Assembly: GCA_964517395.1 (NCBI GenBank)
Contig: CAZFEE010000003.1
Coordinates: 259,287-323,286, forward strand
Length of the DNA stretch: 64,000 nt
DNA from: an uncultured Nocardioides sp.
GTDB taxonomy: Bacteria > Actinomycetota > Actinomycetes > Propionibacteriales > Nocardioidaceae
Reading direction: 5' to 3'
Made by a program: the position numbers and the translations under genes. Under the pieces are notes generated by a model that worked only from the letters and a program-made list of their open reading frames with translations, made no database searches and was not told the origin of the DNA. Positions 1 to 13,000 of this stretch are shown in pieces (positions within the stretch are counted from its first letter, which is position 1; each line of letters opens with the position of its first letter).

Positions 1-1054
1 AGGGCACGGGCCAGACGCTGAGCTTGAGCGGCACGGCCACGGTGCCGTGCAACGGGATCATCCAGAGGGCCAGCCCGGCGACCGGCAGGTCCACCTTGCC
101 GCCGGGCGGCACCGTCTCGTTGGTCCCGAGGCTGTTGTGGTTGGTGATCGGCTGGTAGTCGGCACCCGTCGCCGGCGAGTTCGTCGTGTAGCCCTGGGCT
201 CGCACCATCAGGTGCACCGGCTTCGTGCTGGTGTTCTTGAACGTCACCCGTCCGTCTGCCGGCAGCTTGACGACCGCCAACTCGGTCCGGGTGCCGGCCG
301 TGCCCCAGAACGTCATGACGGGGTACGCCGTCGCCGGGTCCACCGGCGCCGGCACGGCGACGAGCGTCCCGGCAGCGGTGATCGAGCTCGCCGCCACGTT
401 GAGGTACGCCGCGGTGGAGCCCTCCGGGATGATCCCGCCGGTCAGCTTGCGGGTGATCACCCCTCCGGCCGGCACGATGACCTCCGGCGCCGTACGGGTG
501 TCGAGCACCGTCGTCTGGCGGGTGGGCACGAATCCGCCGCCCGTGGCCGTGGAGGTGTAGTACCCCGCCACGTCGACGGTGACCGTCGCGGCCTTGTTCG
601 TGGTCCGCAGCCGCACCTGGTTGGTGGTCTTCGAGGCGTCGACCGGCATCGTGAGCACGCCGCTGACGTTCCCGACGGCCCCGTCGGTCTGCGAGACGTA
701 GTTCTGCCGGCACGAGCCGTCGGAGAGGAAGACCGAGCAGATCCACAGGTAGGAGTTGGGGTCGGTCGTCTTGAGGCTGGCGATCAGCACCAGCGCGGTC
801 GTCCCCGTCCGCGGGATGCCCTGGACACCGAGCGCGGTGAAGCTGACGCTGTTCTCGGCCGCGGTCGTCGCGGTGAACGTCTTGCTCAGCACCCGCGCCG
901 GCTTCGTCAGCGGCACGTAGTTCCCCTGCACCGCCGCGCCACTCTCTCCCGCCTCGGCGGGCGGCGCGGTCGTCGGAGCGGCCACGGCCAGCAGTCCCGC
1001 GAGCAGCAGGACGACCAGCAGGACCGCAGGGCGACGCCTCAGCTCACGACGCAT
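1..1054 (-). CDS. Secreted protein, paralog of 1044..3341 (actinobacterial beta-sandwich repeats); 3' end runs off the window
   Basis: Not in the ORF track. ATG at 1054 overlaps the upstream stop. My translation MRRELRRRPAVLLVVLLLAGLLAVAAPTTAPPAEAGESAAVQGNYVPLTKPARVLSK... has a signal peptide and aligns colinearly with the 765-aa neighbour (VDVAGYYT, GGGFVPTR, VTFKNTSTKPVHL, GYTTNSPATGAD). Confidence 0.85.
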   Translation of the reverse strand, partial: MRRELRRRPAVLLVVLLLAGLLAVAAPTTAPPAEAGESGAAVQGNYVPLTKPARVLSKTFTATTAAENSVSFTALGVQGIPRTGTTALVLIASLKTTDPNSYLWICSVFLSDGSCRQNYVSQTDGAVGNVSGVLTMPVDASKTTNQVRLRTTNKAATVTVDVAGYYTSTATGGGFVPTRQTTVLDTRTAPEVIVPAGGVITRKLTGGIIPEGSTAAYLNVAASSITAAGTLVAVPAPVDPATAYPVMTFWGTAGTRTELAVVKLPADGRVTFKNTSTKPVHLMVRAQGYTTNSPATGADYQPITNHNSLGTNETVPPGGKVDLPVAGLALWMIPLHGTVAVPLKLSVWPVP

Positions 1055-3341
1055 AGCTGGTCGCGAGCTTCCGGGAGTAGTTCGCGTCGAGGTAGAGGAA
1101 GCTGTACCGGCGGTACAACGGCTCCTCGGTGCGGTAGTCCCAGGCGGTGACGTCGGAGGCGATGCCGCCGGTCTCCAGCGAGATCCCGCCCGCCGGGCCG
1201 GCGAAGTCGCCCGAGTTCGGCGAGGTCTCCCACACCCGGTACAGCGCACCGGTGCCCACCGAGCCCGACCACACCAGGATCCCGTTGAGCTGGGTCTGCG
1301 GGTCGTAGATCACCGTCGGCGAGCCCGACGGCTCGATCGGGGTGCCGTTGTACGTCGTGCCGACCTGGTGCCAACCGTCGGCCGTCTGGCCGTCGGCGGT
1401 CAGGTTCGCGCTCCACGTCGTACCGTCGTCGTGGCGCACGGCGAGCCGCGGCTCGCCGGACTGCGACAGCGCCACCGCGACCCGGTTGACCACCCCGGAC
1501 GTGCCGAGGCTCTGCCAGCCCAGGGTCGTCGACGTCGCCGACGCGTAGAGGCCGGTCACCACGTCACCGGTGCTGGTCACCCCGAACAGGCGGATGCCCG
1601 CGGGCGTGCTCAGCGCGGTCAGCTCGCTGCCCGCCGCCGGGCCGACGGCCGGGATGTCGAGCGCCTTCCAGCGCGGCTGCTCAGGCGCGGCGATGCTCAG
1701 GTCGATCGCCCAGAACCGGCCCTGGGCGTCGCTGGTGAAGCCCACCGGCGCACCCGTCGACGGAAGGGTGGCGGTCGCGACCGGCGTGCGCGAGTAGCGG
1801 TAGGTGCGGACGGCAGTGGTCACCGGCGGCGCACCGGGCGAGTACGGCAGGTCCCAGGTCCAGATCTCACCGTCGGGCGCGTGGAGCGCCGTCACGACGT
1901 ACCGTCCGCCGGGGCGCGCCACCATCGAGAACGGGCCGCGGAAGGTGTGGCCCGGCGGGGAGATGAGCGCGTAGATCGGCTCGGTGCCGTCCTGCGGGTC
2001 GCAGCCGACCCGGACGTTCGAGGCCGACGGGTCGAGGTAGCCGTAGCAGTCGCCCAGGCTGGTGTGGACGACCGAGAACGCCGGCGTGCCGCCCGCGGTC
2101 GCATAGGCGGGCGGCGCCGCGAAGTAGGCCTGCGTCTGCAGGCTCATCCAGAAGTCGCCGTTGGCAGCGCCTTCGACCGTGATCCTGCCCCCCTCGCCGG
2201 GCACCACGATGGCTCCGCTGCTGCGGTCGTAGGTGCCGTCGGAGGTGAAGTTGATGTACGACGCCGTCGACGCCGCCTGCCCGCTCGGGTAGATGCGGAT
2301 GCTGCCGCCGCCCTTGGGCGCGAAGATCTCCAGGTTCACGAAGACACCGGCCGCGTTCGCCGGGATGCTGCTGCCGGCGTACCCCGCGATCTGGATCTCG
2401 ATCTTCTTGGTCGCCGTCATGCTCTTCTGCCACAGCTCGCTCGTCACGGGCCGCAGGTCCGCGCCCGTCGCGGGCGAGCTGGTCGTGTAGCCCTCCGACC
2501 GCGCCACGAGGTGCACCGGCTTGCTGCTGGTGTTCTTGAACGTCACCTGTCCGGCGGCGCTCAGCTTCACGGCCACCAGGCCCGACCTGCTCGACGCGGC
2601 GGCCCAGAAGGTCAGCGCCGGGTAGCCGGTCGTCGCCGTGCCGGTCGGCACCGCCACCACCGTGCCGGCCGCGGTGATCCCGGTCGCGATGAGGTCGATG
2701 TACGCCGTGGTGGCGCCCGCCGGGATCGACGACCCGGTCAGGGTGCGGGTCGTCGAACCACCGGCGGGGATGGCGGCACCGCCGTTGGCCCGGGTGTCGA
2801 ACAGCGTCACCGGCCGGGTCGCGACGAACCCGCCGCCGGTGCTGGTCGTCGTGTAGTAGCCGACCACGTCGACCTGCACCGACATCGTCGTCGAGGTGTA
2901 GGTGAACGCCCGTGCCGTGAGGTGGCCGGTCGCCTTCGCGGGGTCGATCTCGGCCACGACCGTGTTCGACATCGGGCCCTTGCCGCCCTCCATCGAACCG
3001 GCCTTCACCGTGTTGCCGTTGCAGCCCGTGCCGCAATTGCTCTCGATGTAGACCTCGCCCCAGTTGGCACCGGAGTTCGTCAACGTCACGTTGAGCACTA
3101 CGGCCGTCGTACCGGCGCGCGGGACGTTGGTGACCCCGACCGCGGTGAAGGCCGCGGAGACGTTCGTACCGAGCGCCTTGTTGAGGACCCGGGTCGGCGT
3201 GGCCAGGGCGACGTAGTTGCCCTTGGTCGTCGCCGTCTCTCCCGCGCTCGCCGGCGGGGCCGGCTGGGCGAGGGCGACCAGGAACCCGGCCAGGAGGGCC
3301 AGGGCGAGGGCGATCAGGGGTGTACGGCGGAGGGCGGTCAT
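1044..3341 (-). CDS. Secreted protein: three beta-sandwich repeats plus a C-terminal putative beta-propeller/lectin-like region
   Basis: 765-aa ORF, GGAG RBS, signal peptide ending PASA. Repeated TP.R../AVVLNVT/VDVVGYY motifs. C-terminal half has W-x-x-L/V-G type repeats. Confidence 0.8.
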   Translation of the reverse strand: MTALRRTPLIALALALLAGFLVALAQPAPPASAGETATTKGNYVALATPTRVLNKALGTNVSAAFTAVGVTNVPRAGTTAVVLNVTLTNSGANWGEVYIESNCGTGCNGNTVKAGSMEGGKGPMSNTVVAEIDPAKATGHLTARAFTYTSTTMSVQVDVVGYYTTTSTGGGFVATRPVTLFDTRANGGAAIPAGGSTTRTLTGSSIPAGATTAYIDLIATGITAAGTVVAVPTGTATTGYPALTFWAAASSRSGLVAVKLSAAGQVTFKNTSSKPVHLVARSEGYTTSSPATGADLRPVTSELWQKSMTATKKIEIQIAGYAGSSIPANAAGVFVNLEIFAPKGGGSIRIYPSGQAASTASYINFTSDGTYDRSSGAIVVPGEGGRITVEGAANGDFWMSLQTQAYFAAPPAYATAGGTPAFSVVHTSLGDCYGYLDPSASNVRVGCDPQDGTEPIYALISPPGHTFRGPFSMVARPGGRYVVTALHAPDGEIWTWDLPYSPGAPPVTTAVRTYRYSRTPVATATLPSTGAPVGFTSDAQGRFWAIDLSIAAPEQPRWKALDIPAVGPAAGSELTALSTPAGIRLFGVTSTGDVVTGLYASATSTTLGWQSLGTSGVVNRVAVALSQSGEPRLAVRHDDGTTWSANLTADGQTADGWHQVGTTYNGTPIEPSGSPTVIYDPQTQLNGILVWSGSVGTGALYRVWETSPNSGDFAGPAGGISLETGGIASDVTAWDYRTEEPLYRRYSFLYLDANYSRKLATSYAS

Positions 3342-3389
3342 GGGGTGCTCCGAGCTGAGGTTGCGGTGAGTCAGGGGTGTTGCCGACGG

Positions 3390-4019
3390 TCAGTCGCGTC
3401 GGATTTCGTTGATCGAGGCTCCAGGCGGGAGCTGCCGGGTCCCGCTCCGCAGCTGCCCGCAGATCGACCAGTAGACCTCGACATCGCTGACCTCGAGGTT
3501 CTCCAGCTCGTCGTCACCGCCGAGGAAGAGCGGGACGCGATAGCCCACGCACTCGTCCCGCCCCAGCGGGAGGCTCGCTCCCGGCTCAGCCGTCCATGCC
3601 TCGTAGAAGCCGGAGGCAAGCGCGGCATCGGTCTGCTCGATCAGCACCTCGTCGTGGAAGGCTGCGAACGTCGCCGGGATCTGTAGCGCCTCTCCCGTCC
3701 CGGGCTCGAGGAGGAGGACCTCCGGCTGGTCGCCCTGGAGGCGGCCGTAGTCGACGGCGAGCTGACGTCCCAGCCAGTCGTAGCCGAAGGGCACGACTCG
3801 CTTCGCGAACTCCGGGAACGCCTCCAGCACGAAGGCCAGCGCCCGCGGACCCGACTGCGCGTCGTGGATCCGGTAGAGACCGCGGCCGAAGGTGACGCCG
3901 GCGTACTCACCCGCAAGTTCGGCGTAGCCCTGCACATCGCTCAGCCGGCCGTCCTGCCAGGGCGCCCCGACCCGACCGTCGCCGATCGGGCCGAAGGCGG
4001 CGCGGAAGCTTTCGAACAT
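3390..4019 (-). CDS. Immunity protein, Tdi1/DUF1851 (GAD-like) type
   Basis: Starts 13 nt after the toxin stop. Motifs FGYDWLGR and ECVGYRVPLFLGGDDELENLEVSDVEVYW. Confidence 0.8.
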   Translation of the reverse strand: MFESFRAAFGPIGDGRVGAPWQDGRLSDVQGYAELAGEYAGVTFGRGLYRIHDAQSGPRALAFVLEAFPEFAKRVVPFGYDWLGRQLAVDYGRLQGDQPEVLLLEPGTGEALQIPATFAAFHDEVLIEQTDAALASGFYEAWTAEPGASLPLGRDECVGYRVPLFLGGDDELENLEVSDVEVYWSICGQLRSGTRQLPPGASINEIRRD

Positions 4020-4032
4020 CAGAGGGGTCCTC

Positions 4033-7000
4033 TCAACAGATCCGTACGGAGATCACACATGTACCAGGTTGCAGACCACGGATCTGATGCCCGATCTGGG
4101 AGCCGAGACTTCGGTTGACCGAGAAGTTCAGCGGCAACATGTTGCTGATGTCATCGATCCCGCCGAGCTGGAGGTCGATCACGTGGTCGATGTCGGCATC
4201 GGCCGGGACCGTCCCGCCCTCCTTCTTGAACACACTCGACGCGGAGGTGCCGGAGCGCTTGACCGGTGTCACCCGGAGGAGACCGGCCTCGGCAGCATCG
4301 TTCAGAGCCTGGACCTTGTCGTCGGCCGCAGCCTTCTGCGCATCGGTCCAGCCCTCCTTGTACTTCAAGCTGATCGAGACGCCACCCGGGTCGGCTGCCT
4401 TCGCCTGCGACCCCGGGCCCGGCAGGTCGCACGCCGAGTTGTGGACGAGCACTCCCGCGGCGGTGACCGCGTAGTTGTGGTCGCCCTCGACCTCGAAGTT
4501 GTAGACCCGGGTGGGCTTGGAGTCGTAGGTGATCGAGGTGATCGCGGCGGTGCCGCCGTCGATCAGGGTGACCTTGTCGCCGACCTCCAGGTCACCGGAG
4601 CTGACCCAGCCCTGGTCGGTGTGGAAGGGGTGCTCGGTGGTGACCCGGATCTTCTCGCCGGCGACGACCAGGGTCATCATCCGGGTGTCGACGTGGCTGG
4701 AGACGGCCTTGACGGTCCGCAGGCGCTTCTTGCCCGTGACCATGTCCCGAGCCACGACCTTGTCGCCGACCTTGACCTTCTCGATCGGCTTGTCGCCCTT
4801 GGCCGTGGTGACCTTCGTGCCGGCGGCGAAGCAGCTGCAACCCCCGTCGAGCTTCTTCAGGTACTTCTCGGCGAACTTCCCGCCGACCTTGCTGCCCGCG
4901 GCGGGCAGCACGGACAGGGCGGTCGAGACGCAGCCGGAGATCGTCGGGTCGGTGACGCAGCCGACGGCGTCCTTGACGGGCGCGACGACGGCGTCGACCG
5001 CACCCTTGGCCATGCACGCGGCCATCGACTTGCCGCCCGAGCAGTCGAGCGCGCCACCGACGGCGCCGGTGACGGCGGTGCCGAGCATGGCGCAGGCGAC
5101 GCTGCCGGCGCCCGCGGTGAGGGCGGTGCAGGCGGCGCCGACGGCGATGCCGGCGGCCACCGACGCGATGGTCTTCCAGTTGTCCTTGACCCAGTCGCCG
5201 GCCGCGGAGACCGCGGTGGAGACGGACTCGACGACCTTGCCGACGGCCTTGACGGTGGTCTCGTAGATCGCCTGGACCTGCTTGGCGGTCGTCTTGACCA
5301 CGTCCACGGTGGCCTGCACGATCCGCGCGGGGGCGTTGGCGACCGCGGAGACCACGGTCTTCAGGCCGGCGTAGACCGGGGCGACCGCGGCCTTGATGGC
5401 CGGCAGCGGGTTGTACTTCGCGGCGTGCTCGATGACCGCCTTGGTCTTCTCCGTCAGGGCGACGGCGGCGCGGTGTGCCGCCGCGGCTGCCTCCGCGGCC
5501 TTCTTCTTGGCCCACTCGATGCCGTCGGAGATCTTGTCCTTGGCCCAGTTGACGGTTGCGTTGAAGGCGTTCTTGACGGCGTTCAGGCCTGCCTTGGCCT
5601 TGTCGTAGATCCAGCGGCCGGCGTCGGCGATCGCGTTGACCGCGGCCTTGCCGTAGCCGTAGACCTTCGAGGCGGCCGAGGAGGCGTACTTGTAGGCGCT
5701 GCTGGCGTAGTGCTTGACCGACGACGCGGCCGAGGACACCGTGCTGGAGACCTTGTCCTTGACCTTGTTGCAGATGCCGCAGCTGGGCCAGTTGCCGTCG
5801 GGGTCGTTGAGGGTGACCGGGTCGCCGGCGGCGTAGGTGTACTTGTTGGCCAGGATCGAGGGTCCCGAGCTGTACGACGCGGTGTCGCGGGAGTCGAACG
5901 TCCCGCTCGTCGCGCTGTACCAACGGGCCTTCATGTTGATCTCGCCGGTGGTGGGGTCGGTCCACGAGCCCTGGAAACCGGCCGCGGAGTCCACACCCTG
6001 GGTGGCGGTCTTCTTGCCCCAGGGGTCGAAGGTCCGCGAGTCCGGCAGTGCGCTCAGCGTGGTGTCGGCCGGGTCGAAGCCGCCCGTGACGTCACCGTGC
6101 TGGTCGGAGAGCAGCATCCGGTTGCGGGTGCCGGACTTCTCCGAGATGACACCTCCACCGGGACCACGACCGAAGGTCGAGGTGCCGTCGCCGACGACGT
6201 CGTCGTCGAGACCCGCGTAGGCGAAGGTCTTTCCGCCCGCTTGCGCGACCCGGTCGAAGGCGTCGTAGGAGTAGTTCTTCGCGCCCTGGCTGATCATCCG
6301 GTCGAAGGCGTCGAAGGTGAACGCCTCGGTGGTGGAGCCGTTGGTCCGCGACTTCAGCGAGCCCCGCGGGCTGTAGCTGTAGTCGGTGCCGTTGTCGGAG
6401 ACCAGCCGGTTGCGCTGGTCGTACGTCGCGGTCGCGCCGTTGACCTTCGTCCGGTTGCCCGAGGCGTCCCAGGCGTACGTCGTGGTCGCGCCACCGGCCA
6501 CCGACCACGACGTCAGCCGGGCCGCGTCGTCGTAGGTGTAGGTGTTGTCGGCCGCGCCGGAGACCCCGGTCGTGGTCTTGCGGCTGACGTTGCCCTTGGC
6601 GTTGTACTCGTAGGCGGTGGAGGCGACCGTCTGCCCGCCGTTGTTCCTCAGCACGTCGCTGGCCTGGCGGCCGAACGCGTCGTAGCCGAAGGTCCGTACC
6701 CGGCCCGCGCCGTAGTTGATCGTGGCCGGGGCACCCGTGGTGTCGTAGGTCAGCGCGACCTGGGCACCCGAGCTGCCGTCGGTGACCGAGGTCAGCTGGC
6801 CCTGGGTGTAGCCGAAGATCGACGTGCCCGAGGAGTCGGTGCGCTTGGCGAGCTGGCCGTCACGGTCGTAGGAGAACGTCGCCGCCCCCGAGGGACCCGC
6901 CGCCTCCAGCAGCTGGCCGCGCTGGTCGTAGGCGTAGGTGTTCGTGCCTGCCGGCGTCGAGGCCGAGGTCAGCCGGCCGAGCAGGTCGTAGGTCAGCGTC

Positions 7001-10000
7001 CGCGACGCGGTCGCCGCCTCCGCACCCGACCCGGTCTCGCTGACCAGACGGCCCGCGGCGTCGAACGCCCGCTGCCGGGTCACCCCGCCCGGTGCGGTCA
7101 GCTGCACCGGCAGACCGGTCGGGTCGTAACGGGTCTGCCACCGCCGGTCCGCCAGCGCGGGGTGCGCCAGCGTCGCCGGCTCGATGACGGACTCCAGGCC
7201 GAAGGTGCCGTACTGGTACCAGGTCTCGTTGCCGCGACCGTCGGTGAACCGGGTCCGGTTGCCGGCGGCGTCGTAGCCGAAGCTGGTGGTGATCGTCGAA
7301 CCCGCACCGGCCGGCTCGACCTGCTTCTTCAGCCGGCTCGCCGCGTCCCACTCGTACGTCGAGGCAGGCGAGCCCGCCGGCGTCGAGGTCGTCAGGTTGC
7401 CCTCGACGTCGTAGCCGTAGGTCTGCTTCGGCCCCTCCGTGCCGGAGGCGCTGAGCTGCGTGCTGGCCGTCATCCGGCCCGCGACGTCGTAGTCGGTGCG
7501 CGAGACCCGGCCCAGGGCGTCCTTGACCGAGACCTGCCGCCCCGCACCGTCGTAGCCGAACGCCGACTGCACGCCCGCCGGGTCCTTCACCGTGAGCAGC
7601 TGACCCAGGGCGTCGTACGTCGAGGTGGTCTTGTTCAGCTGCGGCGAGGTGATCTCGGTGACGTTGCTCGCGTCGTCGTAGGTGTAGGCGGTGGTGAAGG
7701 TGTCGGCCACCGGCGTCGTCTCGAACACCGTCGAGGTGACCGGCCGGTCGAGGTCGTCGTAGGTGCTCTCCACCTTGGTGCCCAGCGGACCCTCGACCCG
7801 CCGCACCTGACCGGTGCGGGTGTAGTCGTAGGTCGTGACCGCCCGGTCGTCGTTGTCGTGCGCGGGCGCGTCGACGCGCACCACCCGACCCAGCCGGTCG
7901 TAGTCGAAGCGCGTCTCGGAACCACGCGGGTCGGTGACCTTCGTCTGGTTGCCGTTGGCGTCGTAGTCGATCGTGGTCACCGGCACGACCGGGGTCGAGG
8001 TCCCCGGCGCGGTGTACGACGGCGCGACCTGCTTCACCGGCAGGCCACGCTTGTCGTACTCCACCGAGCTGACCCGGCCCAGCGCGTCCCGCGAGGCCAC
8101 CGGCGAGCCGAAGGTGTCGTAGCCGATCTCCTCCGTCGCGCTCACCGTCGCCGCGGCCGTGCCGTACTCCTCGCGCAGCGTCGGCGGCGCGGTCACCTTC
8201 GTCCGGTTGCCCGCGTCGTCGTAGGAGAACGTCGTGGCGTAGTCGTCCGGGTTCGCACCCGCGACGTTGCCGCGCGGGGAGACGACCTTCGTGATATGCC
8301 CCAGCGCGTCGTACGCCGTCGTGGTGGTCGCCGTGCCCGACGGCAGCGTCACCGTCTCGCTCGTCTGCCGCCCGGCGGCGTCGTAGCCGTAGGCCACGCT
8401 CGAGGTGTCCGTGGTCGCCCACGACACGTTCGACTTGTCACCCGTCGTGTCGACCTGGCTGACGTTGCCCGCGAGGTCGTAGGTGTAGGTCGTCTTGCGG
8501 GTCAGCGGCGCGACACCGACCGTCTGGGTCTTGACCCGGCCGAGCTCGTCACGGGTGTAGGTCACCTGCCGCGAGCCGTTGCCGGTCTTCTCGGTGATGA
8601 CGCTGCCGGCCTTGTCGTAGGTGTAGGCCTCCAGGACGTACGGCGTCTCCTGGGTCTCCCCCGGCCGCTTGAACGTCGTCAGCGTCTTCTTCGCCACGAG
8701 GTCGTCGTGGAAGTAGTCGATGGTGACCTTGCGGCCCATCGCGTCGTACGTCGCGACCAGGCGACCCGCCGCGTCGTACGCATAGGCCATCGTCACCAGG
8801 AAGCCCGAGGACTCCGTGCTGTCCGGGTCCCGCAACCGCACCTCGGCGATCTTGTTGCGCGCGGTGTAGGCGAACTCGGTGCGCGTCCCGCCCGCATCGA
8901 CCATCGAGGTCTGGTTGCCGAACTGGTCGTACTCGTAGGCCACCTCGTTGCCCGACGGGTCGGTGACCCGGGTCATCCGGTTGTGGTCGTCGTACTCGTA
9001 GCTCGTCAACCGCGCCGCGTCGTTGCCGAGCGCGTCGGCGACCTCGGTCGTGGCGACATTGCCGTCCACGTCGTAGGTCTGCACGACCTGCTGCTGGTGG
9101 TCGACCCCCGACACCGCGTCTCGGTGCCCCGGCATCAGCGTCTTGATCACCCGCGACTGCTCGTCGTAGGTGTAGGTCGTCGTGGTCTCCCGACCACCCC
9201 ACACCTCGGTCTTCGTCACGGTCCGGCCCAGCCGGTCGTAGCCGAACTTCGTCACCAGGCCGCTCGGCTCGGTCACCCGCGCCAGGTCCCCGGACTTGAA
9301 GTAGGCGAAGCTCGTCGTCTTCGACGCCGCGTCCTTCGTCGACAGCGGCAGCCCCGACGGGATGGTCCCACCGTCCACACCGGGCTCGGAGTCACCGGAG
9401 TAGGTGTTGGTCACCTTGCCCAGCTCGGGCGCCGGAGCCGTCTGCGTGAGCAGCTGGCCGGCCTCGTTGTAGGTGTACTCCGTGATGTAGCTCGGCGCCC
9501 AGTACAGGCCCGCCCGCGGGTCGACCTTCGTCAGCGGCTTGTCCCAGCGCGGGTCGAGCGCGGTGTAGCCGGAGGTCGACGTCGGGTAGGTGGTGTACGA
9601 CGTGGCGCAGTCCGAGGGGCTGGCGCCGGGCGCCGTGCGGCAGGTGGTCCGCTCGGTCACGTTGCCGCGCGCGTCGTATTTCATGGTGACGACGTCGCCG
9701 ATCTCGTTGTAGACCGCCGTCATCCGGCCTTGCGCGTCGTAGTCCATCGAGCGGATGTCGGAGCCGGAGATGTCCCAGAGCTGGATGTTGTCCGGGTCCT
9801 CGGGTGCGGGGGCGCAGAAGCGCGGATCCTCCGCGGACGGCGCCGCGCAGCGTTCGGCGTCCTGCGGGCGCACACCGTTGCCGTTGGGCATCGCGGAGCG
9901 CAGCAGGTAACCCGCGAGGGCGTCGTACTCGTAGAGGTAGATGCGGTCGGCCGGGTCCTTCACGACGACGGTACGACGCATGTCGGTCGTCGTGCCGGAC

Positions 10001-13000
10001 ACGAGCGGCTCGCCGAGGGTCCAGGTGCCACCGTGCTGGTCGGTGTACTCCTTGACCCGGTCGGTCTCGACGTCGTAGCCGATCTCGGAGACGACCTTGC
10101 CGCTCGGCAGGGTCACCTTGGTGAGCTGCTTGGTGCCGGCGGCCGCCTTGAAGTGGTCGGTCACCTCGCCCGCGCTGATGCCGTGGGAGTAGACCGCGAC
10201 CTCGTCGATCGAGCCCTTGAAGTAGCGCTTGGACACCGTGCCGTACGACGGCCAGGAGCCCGGCGTGGTCGCGTACGCCGCGCCCAGCTGGTTGAACGTC
10301 AGCGCGACGTGGTTGATCGTCGAGGTCTTCTGGTTCTGCTTGACGCCGTCGACGTAGAGCGTGGTCGTCGTGCCGACCGAGGTCAGCACGGCGTGGTGCC
10401 AGGAGTCGTTGGTGACCGTGGCGAGCGAGGTGACCGGCGCGAAGGTGCCGTCGGCGAACTGCCCGCGCAGCTTGCCGTCCGCGCCGATGTAGAGGAGCGG
10501 GACACCTGTGGTGGGCGCGGTCGCACCGTCGAACACCTTGTTCTGGTAGCCCACCAGCGGCATCGCCGTCGTCGACGGCGCCGCCTTGAACCACAGCTCG
10601 ACGGACATGTCGCGGCTCTTCTTCGACGTGCCGCCCGGCAGCCGGACCGCCTGCGCACCGGCCAGGGTGGCGGCGGTGTCGGTCGAGTTGGTCACGACGC
10701 CGCCCGCGCCGAGGGTGACCCCGGCGTCGTACGTCGCCTCGTCCTTGCCGAGGTTGACCGCGACCTCGCTGACGGCCTTGGTGTCGCCGGTGGACTCGCC
10801 GAGGCGCCAGTAGGAGTCGGGCTTCGTGTCGAGCACGGCCGTGCGGTAGTGCGAGCCGTCGGCGTAGTCGTAGGCCGTGCAGCTGTTGGTCGGCGAGCAG
10901 ACCTTGGTCAGCAGGTTGCCGGAGTAGGTGTAGGTCCACGTCGTGACCACGGCACCGGTGGCGTCGAGGGTGGCGACGGTGTCGACCTTGCCGGCGGCGT
11001 TCCAGGTGAACTTCAGGCCGCGGCCGCTGTTGCCGCTGACGACCTTGTCGAGCTTGCCCGCGGCGTCGTAGGAGAAGGTCTCCGCCCGCCCGGTGACGGC
11101 CTTGACGGACTGCAGGCGGCCGGTGGCCTGGTCGAAGACGTAGACCGAGCCGCTCTGGTCGGTCATCGTCCACGTGGTGGTGCCGTTGGCGACGAACGAG
11201 ACGTTGCGCCCGCGCGGCGCGGCATAGGTCGCGTTGGAGTTCTTGCCGAAGCGGACCTGCTGACCGTCGGGCATGGTGACCAGCGCGCTGCCGGTGGCGT
11301 TCTCGGCGCGGACGTCGAACTTCGTGGACCAGCCGGCACCGAAGATGCCGTCGGCGCGCGGGTCGATGCTGTTGTAGGTCCGCGCGACCGTCAGGTCCGG
11401 GCCGGTGGTCGCGACCGCGGCGTCGATGGCCGCGGTCGAGTAGTTGCCCAGCGACGGGTCGAACTCGCGCTCCTGCGCGCCGTAGGCCGAACCGGCCAGG
11501 TGCGAGGTCAGCGTCGGCTGCGGAGCGTCGGTGAAGAACGTCAGCGTCGGCGACGTCGTCGGCCCGGAGGTGAAGTTCCAGTAGTACTGCGTGCTCCAGC
11601 TGAGCTTCGCCGCCGGCACCACCCAGCCCGAGGCCGTGGTCGCCGTACCCGAGGTGAAACAGCCGGTGCTCATCGCACTGTTGGTGCAGACCTTGAAGCT
11701 GTACGTCGTGGTCCCCGGCGTCGCGTCGACGTCGATCGCCTTCGCGAACAGCTCGGGCTGCAGCGTCGGCGCGGAGTACCCGTTCTGCGGGTACATCTGG
11801 GTGACCACCGGCGGCACGTCGAAGACCTGCAGCGCCAGCCGCACGGGAGCGACCTGCTGGTCGGTGAACCAGATCAGCGGACTGTTGCGCACGACCGAGA
11901 AGTCGAGGAAGTACATCCCCGCCGGCATCGCCTTCAGCGTCGCGCTGACCGTGGTGGTCGCACCCCGGGCCAGCGCCGGCATCGAGGCGGCGTTGAAGCT
12001 CGGCAGCGCCGAGTAGGCCTTCCCCTTGCTGTCGAAGACGCGGTAGCGCAGCGAGTAGTCCCCGGAGGCCCACGCGAACGCGCTCTTGTTGGTCACGGTG
12101 ACCTTGATCGCGCCGTTCGCGTTCTGCATCACGATCGGGTTCGGCGTGGGGTTCGAGATCTTGTACGCCGCGTTGTACGGGCTGTGCGTGACGTAGAGCG
12201 TCGGCCGGTTGGCGCTGGCGCCGGGGCCGACGAACTGCTTCCAGCCGGTGCCGGTGACCGCCAGGCCCCGGTTGGTGCCGCCGTTGGCCCAGCCCTGGAC
12301 GATGTCGCGGCCCTTGACGCCGAGCTCGAAGAGCGAACCCTGCACCGGGCAGGGCGAGGAGGAGGAGCCGAAGGGCACGTAGCCGTAGGCGAAGGAGGTC
12401 GCGTCCAGGCGCTTGCCCAGGTTCGGGGCGTTGCCGAGGCTGTAGGCGTCGGGGTTCAGCGACCAGTTCTCGGTGACCTCGTTGACCGCCACCTCACGCG
12501 CGACGCAGCTGTTCGACTTGTAGTTGACCAGGCTGAGGTTCGCGCCGTAGATCGTGTGGTTCGCCAACGCCGAGAGATCCCAGCGCAGGTAGGTCCGCGC
12601 GTTCTTCGAGCCGCCGACCTCGAAGTCGGCCGAGGCGTTGTAGGCCCCGCCGCTCTGCACGGTCATCGCGCTGGACGCCTTGAGCTGCTTCGGCGTCAGC
12701 ACGCTCGGGTCCACCCGGACCGGGAAGGTCCGCGCGGGGTCACGCAGCCAGGCGGCGTCGACCTCGACCTGGAGCCGGTCACCACCGACGAGCCGGTAGC
12801 TCACCCCCGTGGTGCTCTCCCCCGTCGCGTCGGTCGCGTAGCCGCTCGGGATCGTCGCGTGCAGCTCGCCGTCGGCGTCCTCGAGACGGACCTGGCCGTC
12901 GACCAGGCGGGCGGTCAGCCCGTCGAGGCGCAGGTCGAAGTCGAAGCGGGTCGGCGCCTTCGCCGAGCGCAGCACCACCGTCTCCTTCGCCGCCGCCGGC

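Noticed and set aside
4438..4833. Hint domains as mobile inteins with homing endonucleases
   Set aside because: Short pretoxin-type Hint domains directly before toxin tips, with no endonuclease insert.
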